Source: Auanema rhodensis (Eukaryota; Animalia; Nematoda). From it: a stretch of DNA of 64,000 bases. The DNA lies in the NCBI GenBank assembly GCA_964057225.1, contig OZ059895.1, positions 2,418,001-2,482,000 on the forward strand, given 5' to 3'. Positions 42,301 to 56,700 of this stretch are shown one piece after another. Every line of letters begins with the position of its first letter. Position 1 is the first letter of the stretch. A program made the position numbers and the translations under genes. Below the pieces are notes generated by a model. The model was not told the DNA's origin, made no database searches, and worked only from the letters and a program-made list of their open reading frames with translations.

Positions 42301-45300
42301 CTAATTTTTGTATTAAGCGTTTCTCAATGTAGTATAGTGCATTCGATGCGGATTTTTAAGCTGCGTCGATTTGTCTTATCAGATTTGCGCTAGCTTAAAA
42401 ATGCACCGAGATATCAACTGATATATGTTCACACTTATAACCTCGATTTTCACCCTGAAGAATTAATTTTTTCGTTGAATAACATTGTCCATCGTCTTCG
42501 CCTTGAAAAAAGAAATCTAAAAACATCTACTTTTTGCTAAATTATTTTGAAATTTTTCGAAAAAATTTTTGTCAAAATGTTTTTGGAAGCAATGTTGAGT
42601 GTACATGGAAACTCAACATACACTTATGCATCATTTTTCAAACGATCATAACTAATTTTTGTATTAAGCGTTTCTCAATGTAGTATAGTGCATTCGATGC
42701 GGATTTTTAAGCTGCGTCGATTTGTCTTATCAGATTTGCGCTAGCTTAAAAATGCACCGAGATATCAACTGATATAAGTTCACACTTATATCCTCGATTT
42801 TCACCCTGAAGAATCAATTTTTTCGTTGAATAACGTTGTCCATCGTCTTCGCCTTGAAAAAAGGAATCTAAAAACATCTACTTTTTGCTAAATTATTTTG
42901 AAATTTTTCGAAAAAATTTTTGTCAAAATGTTTTTGGAAGCAATGTTGAGTGTACATGGAAACTCAACATACACTTATGCATCATTTTTCGAACAATCAT
43001 AACTAATTTTTGTATTAAGCGTTTCTCAATGTAGTATAGTGCATCCGATGCGGATTTTTAAGCTGCGTCGATCTGTGTTATCAGATTTGCGCTAGCTTAA
43101 AAATGCACCGAGATATCAACTGATATAAGTTCACACTTATATCCTCGATTTTCACCCTGAAGAATTGATTTTTTCGTTGAATAACATTGTCCATCGTCTT
43201 CGCCTTGAAAAAAGGAATCTGAAAACATCTACTTTTTGCTAAATTATTTTGAAATTTTTCGAAAAAAGTTTTGTCAAAATGTTTTTGGAAGCAATGTTGA
43301 GTGTACATGGAAACTCAACATACACTAATGCATCATTTTTCAAACGATCATAACTAATTTTTGTATTAAGCGTTTCTCAATGTAGTATAGTGCATTCGAT
43401 GCGGATTTTTAAGCTGCGTCGATTTGTGTTATCAGATTTGCGCTAGCTTAAAAATGCACCGAGATATCAACTGATATAAGTTCACACATATATCCTCGAT
43501 TTTCACCCTGAAGAATTAATTTTTTCGTTGAATAACATTGTCCATCGTCTTTGCCTTGAAAAAAGGAATCTAAAAACATCTACTTTTTGCTAAATTATTT
43601 TGAAATTTTTCGAAAAAATTTTTGTCAAAATGTTTTTGGAAGCAATGTTGAGTGTACATGGAAACTCAACATACACTTATGCATCATTTTTCGAACAATC
43701 ATAACTAATTTTTGTATTAAGCGTTTCTCAATGTAGTATAGTGCATCCGATGCGGATTTTTAAGCTGCGTCGATCTGTGTTATCAGATTTGCGCTAGCTT
43801 AAAAATGCACCGAGATATCAACTGATATAAGTTCACACTTATATCCTCGATTTTCACCCTGAAGAATTGATTTTTTCGTTGAATAACATTGTCCATCGTC
43901 TTCGCCTTGAAAAAAGGAATCTGAAAACATCTACTTTTTGCTAAATTATTTTGAAATTTTTCGAAAAAAGTTTTGTCAAAATGTTTTTGGAAGCAATGTT
44001 GAGTGTACATGGAAACTCAACATACACTAATGCATCATTTTTCAAACGATCATAACTAATTTTTGTATTAAGCGTTTCTCAATGTAGTATAGTGCATTCG
44101 ATGCGGATTTTTAAGCTGCGTCGATTTGTGTTATCAGATTTGCGCTAGCTTAAAAATGCACCGAGATATCAACTGATATAAGTTCACACATATATCCTCG
44201 ATTTTCACCCTGAAGAATTAATTTTTTCGTTGAATAACATTGTCCATCGTCTTTGCCTTGAAAAAAGGAATCTAAAAACATCTACTTTTTGCTAAATTAT
44301 TTTGAAATTTTTGGAAAAAATTTTTGCCAAAATGTTTTTGGAAGCAATGTTGAGTGTACATGGAAACTCAACATACACTAATGCATCATTTTTCAAACGA
44401 TCATAACTAATTTTTGTATTAAGCGTTTCTCAATGTAGTATAGTGCATTCGATGCGGATTTTTAAGCTGCGTCGATTTGTGTTATCAGATTTGCGCTAGC
44501 TTAAAAATGCACCGAGATATCAACTGATATAAGTTCACACTTATATCCTCGATTTTCACCCTGAAGAATTAATTTTTTCGTTGAATAACATTGTCCATCG
44601 TCTTCGCCTTGAAAAAAGGAATCTGAAAACATCTACTTTTTGCTAAATTATTTTGAAATTTTTCGAAAAAATTTTTGTCAAAATGTTTTTGGAAGCAATG
44701 TTGAGTGTACATGGAAACTCAACATACACTAATGCATCATTTTTCAAACGATCATAACTAATTTTTGTATTAAGCGTTTCTCAATGTAGTATAGTGCATT
44801 CGATGCGGATTTTTAAGCTGCGTCGATTTGTGTTATCAGATTTGCGCTAGCTTAAAAATGCACCGAGATATCAACTGATATAAGTTCACACTTATATCCT
44901 CGATTTTCACCCTGAAGAATTAATTTTTTCGTTGAATAACATTGTCCATCGTCTTCGCCTTGAAAAAAGGAATCTAAAAACATCTACTTTTTGCTAAATT
45001 ATTTTGAAATTTTTCGAAAAAATTTTTGTCAAAATGTTTTTGGAAGCAATGTTGAGTGTACATGGAAACTCAACATACACTTATGCATCATTTTTCAAAC
45101 GATCATAACTAATTCTTGTATTAAGCGTTTCTCAATGTAGTATAGTGCATTCGATGCGGATTTTTAAGCTGGGTCGATCTGTGTTATCAGATTTGCGCTA
45201 GCTTAAAAATGCACCGAGATATCAACTGATATAAGTTCACACTTATATCCTCGATTTTCACCCTGAAGAATTAATTTTTTCGTTGAATAACATTGTCCAT

Positions 45301-48300
45301 CGTCTTCGCCTTGAAAAAAAGTATCTAAAAACATCTACTTTTTGCTAAATTATTTTGAAATTTTTCGAAAAAATTTTTGTCAAAATGTTTTTGGAAGCAA
45401 TGTTGAGTGTACATGGAAACTCAACATACACTAATGCATCATTTTTCAAACGATCATAACTAATTTTTGTATTAAGCGTTTCTCAATGTAGTATAGTGCA
45501 TTCGATGCGGATTTTTAAGCTGCGTCGATTTGTGTTATCAGATTTGCGCTAGCTTAAAAATGCACCGAGATATCAACTGATATAAGTTCACACTTATATC
45601 CTCGATTTTCACCCTGAAGAATTAATTTTTTCGTTGAATAACATTGTCCATCGTCTTCGCCTTGAAAAAAGAAATCTAAAAACATCTACTTTTTGCTAAA
45701 TTATTTTGAAATTTTTCGAAAAAATTTTTGTCAAAATGTTTTTGGAAGCAATGTTGAGTGTACATGGAAACTCAACATACACTTATGCATCATTTTTCAA
45801 ACGATCATAACTAATTTTTGTATTAAGCGTTTTTCAATGTAGTATAGTGCATTCGATGCGGATTTTTAAGCTGCGTCGATTTGTCTTATCAGATTTGCGC
45901 TAGCTTAAAAATGCACCGAGATATCAACTGATATAAGTTCACACTTATATCCTCGATTTTCACCCTGAAGAATTAATTTTTTCGTTGAATAACATTGTCC
46001 ATCGTCTTCGCCTTGAAAAAAGAAATCTAAAAACATCTACTTTTTGCTAAATTATTTTGAAATTTTTCGAAAAAATTTTTGTCAAAATGTTTTTGGAAGC
46101 AATGTTGAGTGTACATGGAAACTCAACATACACTTATGCATCATTTTTCGAACAATCATAACTAATTTTTGTATTAAGCGTTTCTCAATGTAGTATAGTG
46201 CATTCGATGCGGATTTTTAAGCTGGGTCGATCTGTGTTATCAGATTTGCGCTAGCTTAAAAATGCACCGAGATATCAACTGATATAAGTTCACACTTATA
46301 TCCTCGATTTTCACCCTGAAGAATTAATTTTTTCGTTGAATAACATTGTCCATCGTCTTCGCCTTGAAAAAAAGAATCTAAAAACATCTACTTTTTGCTA
46401 AATTATTTTGAAATTTTTCGAAAAAATTTTTGTCAAAATGTTTTTGGAAGCAATGTTGAGTGTACATGGAAACTCAACATACACTAATGCATCATTTTTC
46501 AAACGATCATAACTAATTTTTGTATTAAGCGTTTCTCAATGTAGTATAGTGCATTCGATGCGGATTTTTAAGCTGCGTCGATTTGTGTTATCAGATTTGC
46601 GCTAGCTTAAAAATGCACCGAGATATGAACTGATATAAGTTCACACTTATATCCTCGATTTTCACCCTGAAGAATTAATTTTTTCGTAGAATAACATTGT
46701 CCATCGTCTTTGCCTTGAAAAAAGGAATCTAAAAACATCTACTTTTTGCTAAATTATTTTGAAATTTTTCGAAAAAATTTTTGTCAAAATGTTTTTGGAA
46801 GCAATGTTGAGTGTACATGGAAACTCAACATACACTTATGCATCATTTTTCGAACAATCATAACTAATTTTTGTATTAAGCGTTTCTCAATGTAGTATAG
46901 TGCATTCGATGCGGATTTTTAAGCTGGGTCGATCTGTGTTATCAGATTTGCGCTAGCTTAAAAATGCACCGAGATATCAACTGATATAAGTTCACACTTA
47001 TATCCTCGATTTTCACCCTGAAGAATTAATTTTTTCGTTGAATAACATTGTCCATCGTCTTCGCCTTGAAAAAAGGAATCTAAAAACATCTACTTTTTGC
47101 TAAATTATTTTGAAATTTTTCGAAAAAATTTTTGTCAAAATGTTTTTGGAAGCAATGTTGAGTGTACATGGAAACTCAACATACACTAATGCATCATTTT
47201 TCAAACGATCATAACTAATTTTTGTATTAAGCGTTTCTCAATGTAGTATAGTGCATTCGATGCGGATTTTTAAGCTGCGTCGATCTGTGTTATCAGATTT
47301 GCGCTAGCTGAAAAATGCACCGAGATATCAACTGATATAAGTTCACACTTATATCCTCGATTTTCACCATGAAGAAATAATTTTTTTGTTGAATAACATT
47401 GTCCATCGTCTTTGCCTTGAAAAATGGAATCTAAAAACATCTACTTTTTGCTAAATTATTTTGAAATTTTTCGAAAAAATTTTTGTCAAAATGTTTTTGG
47501 AAGCAATGTTGAGTGTACATGGAAACTCAACATACACTTATGCATCATTTTTCGAACAATCATAACTAATTTTTGTATTAAGCGTTTCTCAATGTAGTAT
47601 AGTGCATTCGATGCGGATTTTTAAGCTGCGTCGATTTGTCTTATCAGATTTGCGCTAGCTTAAAAATGCACCGAGATATCAACTGATATATGTTCACACT
47701 TATATCCTCGATTTTCACCCTGAAGAATTAATTTTTTCGTTGAATAACATTGTCCATCGTCTTCGCCTTGAAAAAAAGAATCTAAAAACATCTACTTTTT
47801 GCTAAATTATTTTGAAATTTTTCGAAAAAATTTTTGTCAATATGTTTTTGGAAGCAATGTTGAGTGTACATGGAAACTCAACATACACTAATGCATCATT
47901 TTTCAAACGATCATAACTAATTTTTGTATTAAGCGTTTCTCAATGTAGTATAGTGCATTCGATGCGGATTTTTAAGCTGCGTCGATTTGTGTTATCAGAT
48001 TTGCGCTAGCTTAAAAATGCACCGAGATATCAACTGATATAAGTTCACACTTATATCCTCGATTTTCACCCTGAAGAATTAAATTTTTCGTTGAATAACA
48101 TTGTCCATCGTCTTCGCCTTGAAAAAAAGAATCTAAAAACAACTACTTTTTGCTAAATTATTTTGAAATTTTTCGAAAAAATTTTTGTCAAAATGTTTTT
48201 GGAAGCAATGTTGAGTGTACATGGAAACTCAACATACACTAATGCATCATTTTTCAAACCATCATAACTAATTTTTGTATTAAGCGTTTCTCAATGTAGT

Positions 48301-51300
48301 ATAGTGCATTCGATGCGGATTTTTAAGCTGCGTCGATCTGTGTTATCAGATTTGCGCTAGCTTAAAAATGCACCGAGATATCAACTGATATAAGTTCACA
48401 CTTATATCCTCGATTTTCACCCTGAAGAATTAATTTTTTCGTTGAATAACATTGTCCATCGTCTTCGCCTTGAAAAAAAGAATCTAAAAACATCTACTTT
48501 TTGCTAAATTATTTTGAAATTTTTCGAAAAAATTTTTGTCAAAATGTTTTTGGAAGCAATGTTGAGTGTACATGGAAACTCAACATACACTTATGCATCA
48601 TTTTTCGAACAATCATAACTAATTTTTGTATTAAGCGTTTCTCAATGTAGTATAGTGCATTCGATGCGGATTTTTAAGCTGGGTCGATCTGTGTTATCAG
48701 ATTTGCGCTAGCTTAAAAATGCACCGAGATATCAACTGATATAAGTTCACACTTATATCCTCGATTTTCACCCTGAAGAATTAATTTTTTCGTTGAATAA
48801 CATTGTCCATCGTCTTCGCCTTGAAAAAAAGAATCTAAAAACATCTACTTTTTGCTAAATTATTTTGAAATTTTTCGAAAAAATTTTTGTCAAAATGTTT
48901 TTGGAAGCAATGTTGAGTGTACATGGAAACTCAACATACACTAATGCATCATTTTTCAAACGATCCTAACTAATTTTTGTATTAAGCGTTTCTCAATGTA
49001 GTATAGTGCATTCGATGCGGATTTTTAAGTTGCGTCGATTTGTGTTATCAGATTTGCGCTAGCTTAAAAATGCACCGAGATATGAACTGATATAAGTTCA
49101 CACTTATATCCTCGATTTTCACCCTGAAGAATTAATTTTTTCGTAGAATAACATTGTCCATCGTCTTTGCCTTGAAAAAAGGAATCTAAAAACATCTACT
49201 TTTTGCTAAATTATTTTGAAATTTTTCGAAAAAATTTTTGTCAAAATGTTTTTGGAAGCAATGTTGAGTGTACATGGAAACTCAACATACACTTATGCAT
49301 CATTTTTCGAACAATCATAACTAATTTTTGTATTAAGCGTTTCTCAATGTAGTATAGTGCATTCGATGCGGATTTTTAAGCTGGGTCGATCTGTGTTATC
49401 AGATTTGCGCTAGCTTAAAAATGCACCGAGATATCAACTGATATAAGTTCACACTTATATCCTCGATTTTCACCCTGAAGAATTAATTTTTTCGTTGAAT
49501 AACATTGTCCATCGTCTTCGCCTTGAAAAAAGGAATCTAAAAACATCTACTTTTTGCTAAATTATTTTGAAATTTTTCGAAAAAATTTTTGTCAAAATGT
49601 TTTTGGAAGCAATGTTGAGTGTACATGGAAACTCAACATACACTAATGCATCATTTTTCAAACGATCATAACTAATTTTTGTATTAAGCGTTTCTCAATG
49701 TAGTATAGTGCATTCGATGCGGATTTTTAAGCTGCGTCGATCTGTGTTATCAGATTTGCGCTAGCTTAAAAATGCACCGAGATATCAACTGATATATGTT
49801 CACACTTATATCCTCGATTTTCACCCTGAAGAATTAATTTTTTCGTTGAATAACATTGTCCATCGTCTTCGCCTTGAAAAAAAGAATCTAAAAACATCTA
49901 CTTTTTGCTAAATTATTTTGAAATTTTTCGAAAAAATTTTTGTCAATATGTTTTTGGAAGCAATGTTGAGTGTACATGGAAACTCAACATACACTAATGC
50001 ATCATTTTTCAAACGATCATAACTAATTTTTGTATTAAGCGTTTCTCAATGTAGTATAGTGCATTCGATGCGGATTTTTAAGCTGCGTCGATTTGTGTTA
50101 TCAGATTTGCGCTAGCTTAAAAATGCACCGAGATATCAACTGATATAAGTTCACACTTATATCCTCGATTTTCACCCTGAAGAATTAAATTTTTCGTTGA
50201 ATAACATTGTCCATCGTCTTCGCCTTGAAAAAAAGAATCTAAAAACAACTACTTTTTGCTAAATTATTTTGAAATTTTTCGAAAAAATTTTTGTCAAAAT
50301 GTTTTTGGAAGCAATGTTGAGTGTACATGGAAACTCAACATACACTAATGCATCATTTTTCAAACGATCATAACTAATTTTTGTATTAAGCGTTTCTCAA
50401 TGTAGTATAGTGCATTCGATGCGGATTTTTAAGCTGCGTCGATCTGTGTTATCAGATTTGCGCTAGCTTAAAAATGCACCGAGATATCAACTGATATAAG
50501 TTCACACTTATATCCTCGATTTTCACCCTGAAGAATTAATTTTTTCGTTGAATAACATTGTCCATCGTCTTCGCCTTGAAAAAAAGAATCTAAAAACATC
50601 TACTTTTTGCTAAATTATTTTGAAATTTTTCGAAAAAATTTTTGTCAAAATGTTTTTGGAAGCAATGTTGAGTGTACATGGAAACTCAACATACACTTAT
50701 GCATCATTTTTCGAACAATCATAACTAATTTTTGTATTAAGCGTTTCTCAATGTAGTATAGTGCATTCGATGCGGATTTTTAAGCTGGGTCGATCTGTGT
50801 TATCAGATTTGCGCTAGCTTAAAAATGCACCGAGATATCAACTGATATAAGTTCACACTTATATCCTCGATTTTCACCCTGAAGAATTAATTTTTTCGTT
50901 GAATAACATTGTCCATCGTCTTCGCCTTGAAAAAAAGAATCTAAAAACATCTACTTTTTGCTAAATTATTTTGAAATTTTTCGAAAAAATTTTTGTCAAA
51001 ATGTTTTTGGAAGCAATGTTGAGTGTACATGGAAACTCAACATACACTAATGCATCATTTTTCAAACGATCATAACTAATTTTTGTATTAAGCGTTTCTC
51101 AATGTAGTATAGTGCATTCGATGCGGATTTTTAAGTTGCGTCGATTTGTGTTATCAGATTTGCGCTAGCTTAAAAATGCACCGAGATATGAACTGATATA
51201 AGTTCACACTTATATCCTCGATTTTCACCCTGAAGAATTAATTTTTTCGTAGAATAACATTGTCCATCGTCTTTGCCTTGAAAAAAGGAATCTAAAAACA

Positions 51301-54300
51301 TCTACTTTTTGCTAAATTATTTTGAAATTTTTCGAAAAAATTTTTGTCAAAATGTTTTTGGAAGCAATGTTGAGTGTACATGGAAACTCAACATACACTT
51401 ATGCATCATTTTTCGAACAATCATAACTAATTTTTGTATTAAGCGTTTCTCAATGTAGTATAGTGCATTCGATGCGGATTTTTAAGCTGGGTCGATCTGT
51501 GTTATCAGATTTGCGCTAGCTTAAAAATGCACCGAGATATCAACTGATATAAGTTCACACTTATATCCTCGATTTTCACCCTGAAGAATTAATTTTTTCG
51601 TTGAATAACATTGTCCATCGTCTTCGCCTTGAAAAAAAGAATCTAAAAACATCTACTTTTTGCTAAATTATTTTGAAATTTTTCGAAAAAATTTTTGTCA
51701 AAATGTTTTTGGAAGCAATGTTGAGTGTACATGGAAACTCAACATACACTTATGCATCATTTTTCGAACAATCATAACTAATTTTTGTATTAAGCGTTTC
51801 TCAATGTAGTATAGTGCATTCGATGCGGATTTTTAAGCTGGGTCGATCTGTGTTATCAGATTTGCGCTAGCTTAAAAATGCACCGAGATATCAACTGATA
51901 TAAGTTCACACTTATATCCTCGATTTTCACCCTGAAGAATTAATTTTTTCGTTGAATAACATTGTCCATCGTCTTCGCCTTGAAAAAAAGAATCTAAAAA
52001 CATCTACTTTTTGCTAAATTATTTTGAAATTTTTCGAAAAAATTTTTGTCAAAATGTTTTTGGAAGCAATGTTGAGTGTACATGGAAACTCAACATACAC
52101 TAATGCATCATTTTTCAAACGATCATAACTAATTTTTGTATTAAGCGTTTCTCAATGTAGTATAGTGCATTCGATGCGGATTTTTAAGTTGCGTCGATTT
52201 GTGTTATCAGATTTGCGCTAGCTTAAAAATGCACCGAGATATGAACTGATATAAGTTCACACTTATATCCTCGATTTTCACCCTGAAGAATTAATTTTTT
52301 CGTAGAATAACATTGTCCATCGTCTTTGCCTTGAAAAAAGGAATCTAAAAACATCTACTTTTTGCTAAATTATTTTGAAATTTTTCGAAAAAATTTTTGT
52401 CAAAATGTTTTTGGAAGCAATGTTGAGTGTACATGGAAACTCAACATACACTTATGCATCATTTTTCGAACAATCATAACTAATTTTTGTATTAAGCGTT
52501 TCTCAATGTAGTATAGTGCATTCGATGCGGATTTTTAAGCTGGGTCGATCTGTGTTATCAGATTTGCGCTAGCTTAAAAATGCACCGAGATATCAACTGA
52601 TATAAGTTCACACTTATATCCTCGATTTTCACCCTGAAGAATTAATTTTTTCGTTGAATAACATTGTCCATCGTCTTCGCCTTGAAAAAAGGAATCTAAA
52701 AACATCTACTTTTTGCTAAATTATTTTGAAATTTTTCGAAAAAATTTTTGTCAAAATGTTTTTGGAAGCAATGTTGAGTGTACATGGAAACTCAACATAC
52801 ACTAATGCATCATTTTTCAAACGATCATAACTAATTTTTGTATTAAGCGTTTCTCAATGTAGTATAGTGCATTCGATGCGGATTTTTAAGCTGCGTCGAT
52901 CTGTGTTATCAGATTTGCGCTAGCTGAAAAATGCACCGAGATATCAACTGATATAAGTTCACACTTATATCCTCGATTTTCACCATGAAGAAATAATTTT
53001 TTTGTTGAATAACATTGTCCATCGTCTTTGCCTTGAAAAATGGAATCTAAAAACATCTACTTTTTGCTAAATTATTTTGAAATTTTTCGAAAAAATTTTT
53101 GTCAAAATGTTTTTGGAAGCAATGTTGAGTGTACATGGAAACTCAACATACACTTATGCATCATTTTTCGAACAATCATAACTAATTTTTGTATTAAGCG
53201 TTTCTCAATGTAGTATAGTGCATTCGATGCGGATTTTTAAGCTGCGTCGATTTGTCTTATCAGATTTGCGCTAGCTTAAAAATGCACCGAGATATCAACT
53301 GATATATGTTCACACTTATATCCTCGATTTTCACCCTGAAGAATTAATTTTTTCGTTGAATAACATTGTCCATCGTCTTCGCCTTGAAAAAAAGAATCTA
53401 AAAACATCTACTTTTTGCTAAATTATTTTGAAATTTTTCGAAAAAATTTTTGTCAAAATGTTTTTGGAAGCAATGTTGAGTGTACATGGAAACTCAACAT
53501 ACACTAATGCATCATTTTTCAAACGATCATAACTAATTTTTGTATTAAGCGTTTCTCAATGTAGTATAGTGCATTCGATGCGGATTTTTAAGCTGCGTCG
53601 ATTTGTGTTATCAGATTTGCGCTAGCTTAAAAATGCACCGAGATATCAACTGATATAAGTTCACACTTATATCCTCGATTTTCACCCTGAAGAATTAAAT
53701 TTTTCGTTGAATAACATTGTCCATCGTCTTCGCCTTGAAAAAAAGAATCTAAAAACAACTACTTTTTGCTAAATTATTTTGAAATTTTTCGAAAAAATTT
53801 TTGTCAAAATGTTTTTGGAAGCAATGTTGAGTGTACATGGAAACTCAACATACACTAATGCATCATTTTTCAAACCATCATAACTAATTTTTGTATTAAG
53901 CGTTTCTCAATGTAGTATAGTGCATTCGATGCGGATTTTTAAGCTGCGTCGATCTGTGTTATCAGATTTGCGCTAGCTTAAAAATGCACCGAGATATCAA
54001 CTGATATAAGTTCACACTTATATCCTCGATTTTCACCCTGAAGAATTAATTTTTTCGTTGAATAACATTGTCCATCGTCTTCGCCTTGAAAAAAAGAATC
54101 TAAAAACATCTACTTTTTGCTAAATTATTTTGAAATTTTTCGAAAAAATTTTTGTCAAAATGTTTTTGGAAGCAATGTTGAGTGTACATGGAAACTCAAC
54201 ATACACTAATGCATCATTTTTCAAACGATCATAACTAATTTTTGTATTAAGCGTTTCTCAATGTAGTATAGTGCATTCGATGCGGATTTTTAAGCTGCGT

Positions 54301-56700
54301 CGATTTGTGTTATCAGATTTGCGCTAGCTTAAAAATGCACCGAGATATCAACTGATATAAGTTCACACTTATATCCTCGATTTTCACCCTGAAGAATTAA
54401 TTTTTTCGTTGAATAACATTGTCCATCGTCTTCGCCTTGAAAAAAGGAATCTAAAAACATCTACTTTTTGCTAAATTATTTTGAAATTTTTCGAAAAAAT
54501 TTTTGTCAAAATGTTTTTGGAAGCAATGTTGAGTGTACATGGAAACTCAACATACACTTATGCATCATTTTTCGAACAATCATAACTAATTTTTGTATTA
54601 AGCGTTTCTCAATGTAGTATAGTGCATTCGATGCGGATTTTTAAGCTGGGTCGATCTGTGTTATCAGATTTGCGCTAGCTTAAAAATGCACCGAGATATC
54701 AACTGATATAAGTTCACACTTATATCCTCGATTTTCACCCTGAAGAATTAATTTTTTCGTTGAATAACATTGTCCATCGTCTTCGCCTTGAAAAAAGGAA
54801 TCTAAAAACATCTACTTTATGCTAAATTATTTTGAAATTTTTCGAAAAAATTTTTGTCAAAATGTTTTTGGAAGCAATGTTGAGTGTACATGGAAACTCA
54901 ACATACACTAATGCATCATTTTTCAAACGATCATAACTAATTTTTGTATTAAGCGTTTCTCAATGTAGTATAGTGCATTCGATGCGGATTTTTAAGCTGC
55001 GTCGATCTGTGTTATCAGATTTGCGCTAGCTGAAAAATGCACCGAGATATCAACTGATATAAGTTCACACTTATATCCTCGATTTTCACCATGAAGAAAT
55101 AATTTTTTTGTTGAATAACATTGTCCATCGTCTTTGCCTTGAAAAATGGAATCTAAAAACATCTACTTTTTGCTAAATTATTTTGAAATTTTTCGAAAAA
55201 ATTTTTGTCAAAATGTTTTTGGAAGCAATGTTGAGTGTACATGGAAACTCAACATACACTTATGCATCATTTTTCGAACAATCATAACTAATTTTTGTAT
55301 TAAGCGTTTCTCAATGTAGTATAGTGCATTCGATGCGGATTTTTAAGCTGCGTCGATTTGTCTTATCAGATTTGCGCTAGCTTAAAAATGCACCGAGATA
55401 TCAACTGATATATGTTCACACTTATATCCTCGATTTTCACCCTGAAGAATTAATTTTTTCGTTGAATAACATTGTCCATCGTCTTCGCCTTGAAAAAAAG
55501 AATCTAAAAACATCTACTTTTTGCTAAATTATTTTGAAATTTTTCGAAAAAAGTTTTGTCAAAATGTTTTTGGAAGCAATGTTGAGTGTACATGGAAACT
55601 CAACATACACTAATGCATCATTTTTCAAACGATCATAACTAATTTTTGTATTAAGCGTTTCTCAATGTAGTATAGTGCATTCGATGCGGATTTTTAAGCT
55701 GCGTCGATCTGTGTTATCAGATTTGCGCTAGCTGAAAAATGCACCGAGATATCAACTGATATAAGTTCACACTTATATCCTCGATTTTCACCATGAAGAA
55801 ATAATTTTTTTGTTGAATAACATTGTCCATCGTCTTTGCCTTGAAAAATGAAATCTAAAAACATCTACTTTTTGCTAAATTATTTTGAAATTTTTCGAAA
55901 AAATTTTTGTCAAAATGTTTTTGGAAGCAATGTTGAGTGTACATGGAAACTCAACATACACTTATGCATCATTTTTCGAACAATCATAACTAATTTTTGT
56001 ATTAAGCGTTTCTCAATGTAGTATAGTGCATTCGATGCGGATTTTTAAGCTGCGTCGATTTGTCTTATCAGATTTGCGCTAGCTTAAAAATGCACCGAGA
56101 TATCAACTGATATATGTTCACACTTATATCCTCGATTTTCACCCTGAAGAATTAATTTTTTCGTTGAATAACATTGTCCATCGTCTTCGCCTTGAAAAAA
56201 AGAATCTAAAAACATCTACTTTTTGCTAAATTATTTTGAAATTTTTCGAAAAAATTTTTGTCAAAATGTTTTTGGAAGCAATGTTGAGTGTACATGGAAA
56301 CTCAACATACACTAATGCATCATTTTTCAAACGATCATAACTAATTTTTGTATTAAGCGTTTCTCAATGTAGTATAGTGCATTCGATGCGGATTTTTAAG
56401 CTGCGTCGATTTGTGTTATCAGATTTGCGCTAGCTTAAAAATGCACCGAGATATCAACTGATATAAGTTCACACTTATATCCTCGATTTTCACCCTGAAG
56501 AATTAAATTTTTCGTTGAATAACATTGTCCATCGTCTTCGCCTTGAAAAAAAGAATCTAAAAACAACTACTTTTTGCTAAATTATTTTGAAATTTTTCGA
56601 AAAAATTTTTGTCAAAATGTTTTTGGAAGCAATGTTGAGTGTACATGGAAACTCAACATACACTAATGCATCATTTTTCAAACCATCATAACTAATTTTT
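36400..56700. repeat. Subfamily domain E (most distinct subfamily, ~20 kb)
   Basis: Variants essentially confined here: C28 (CTTCGCC), T154 (CACTTATG), G169+A173 (TTCGAACAAT), G244 (CTGGGTC), T251/C255 (GATTTGTCTT) and T306. T194 is present in every copy I read. Confidence 0.88.

Noticed and set aside
36412-44010. Six 75-aa minus-strand ORFs as protein-coding genes
   Set aside because: They are satellite monomers, spaced by multiples of 351 bp, in which two stops happen to be mutated. The F/K/N/I-rich composition reflects A/T tracts, and there is no recognisable domain.
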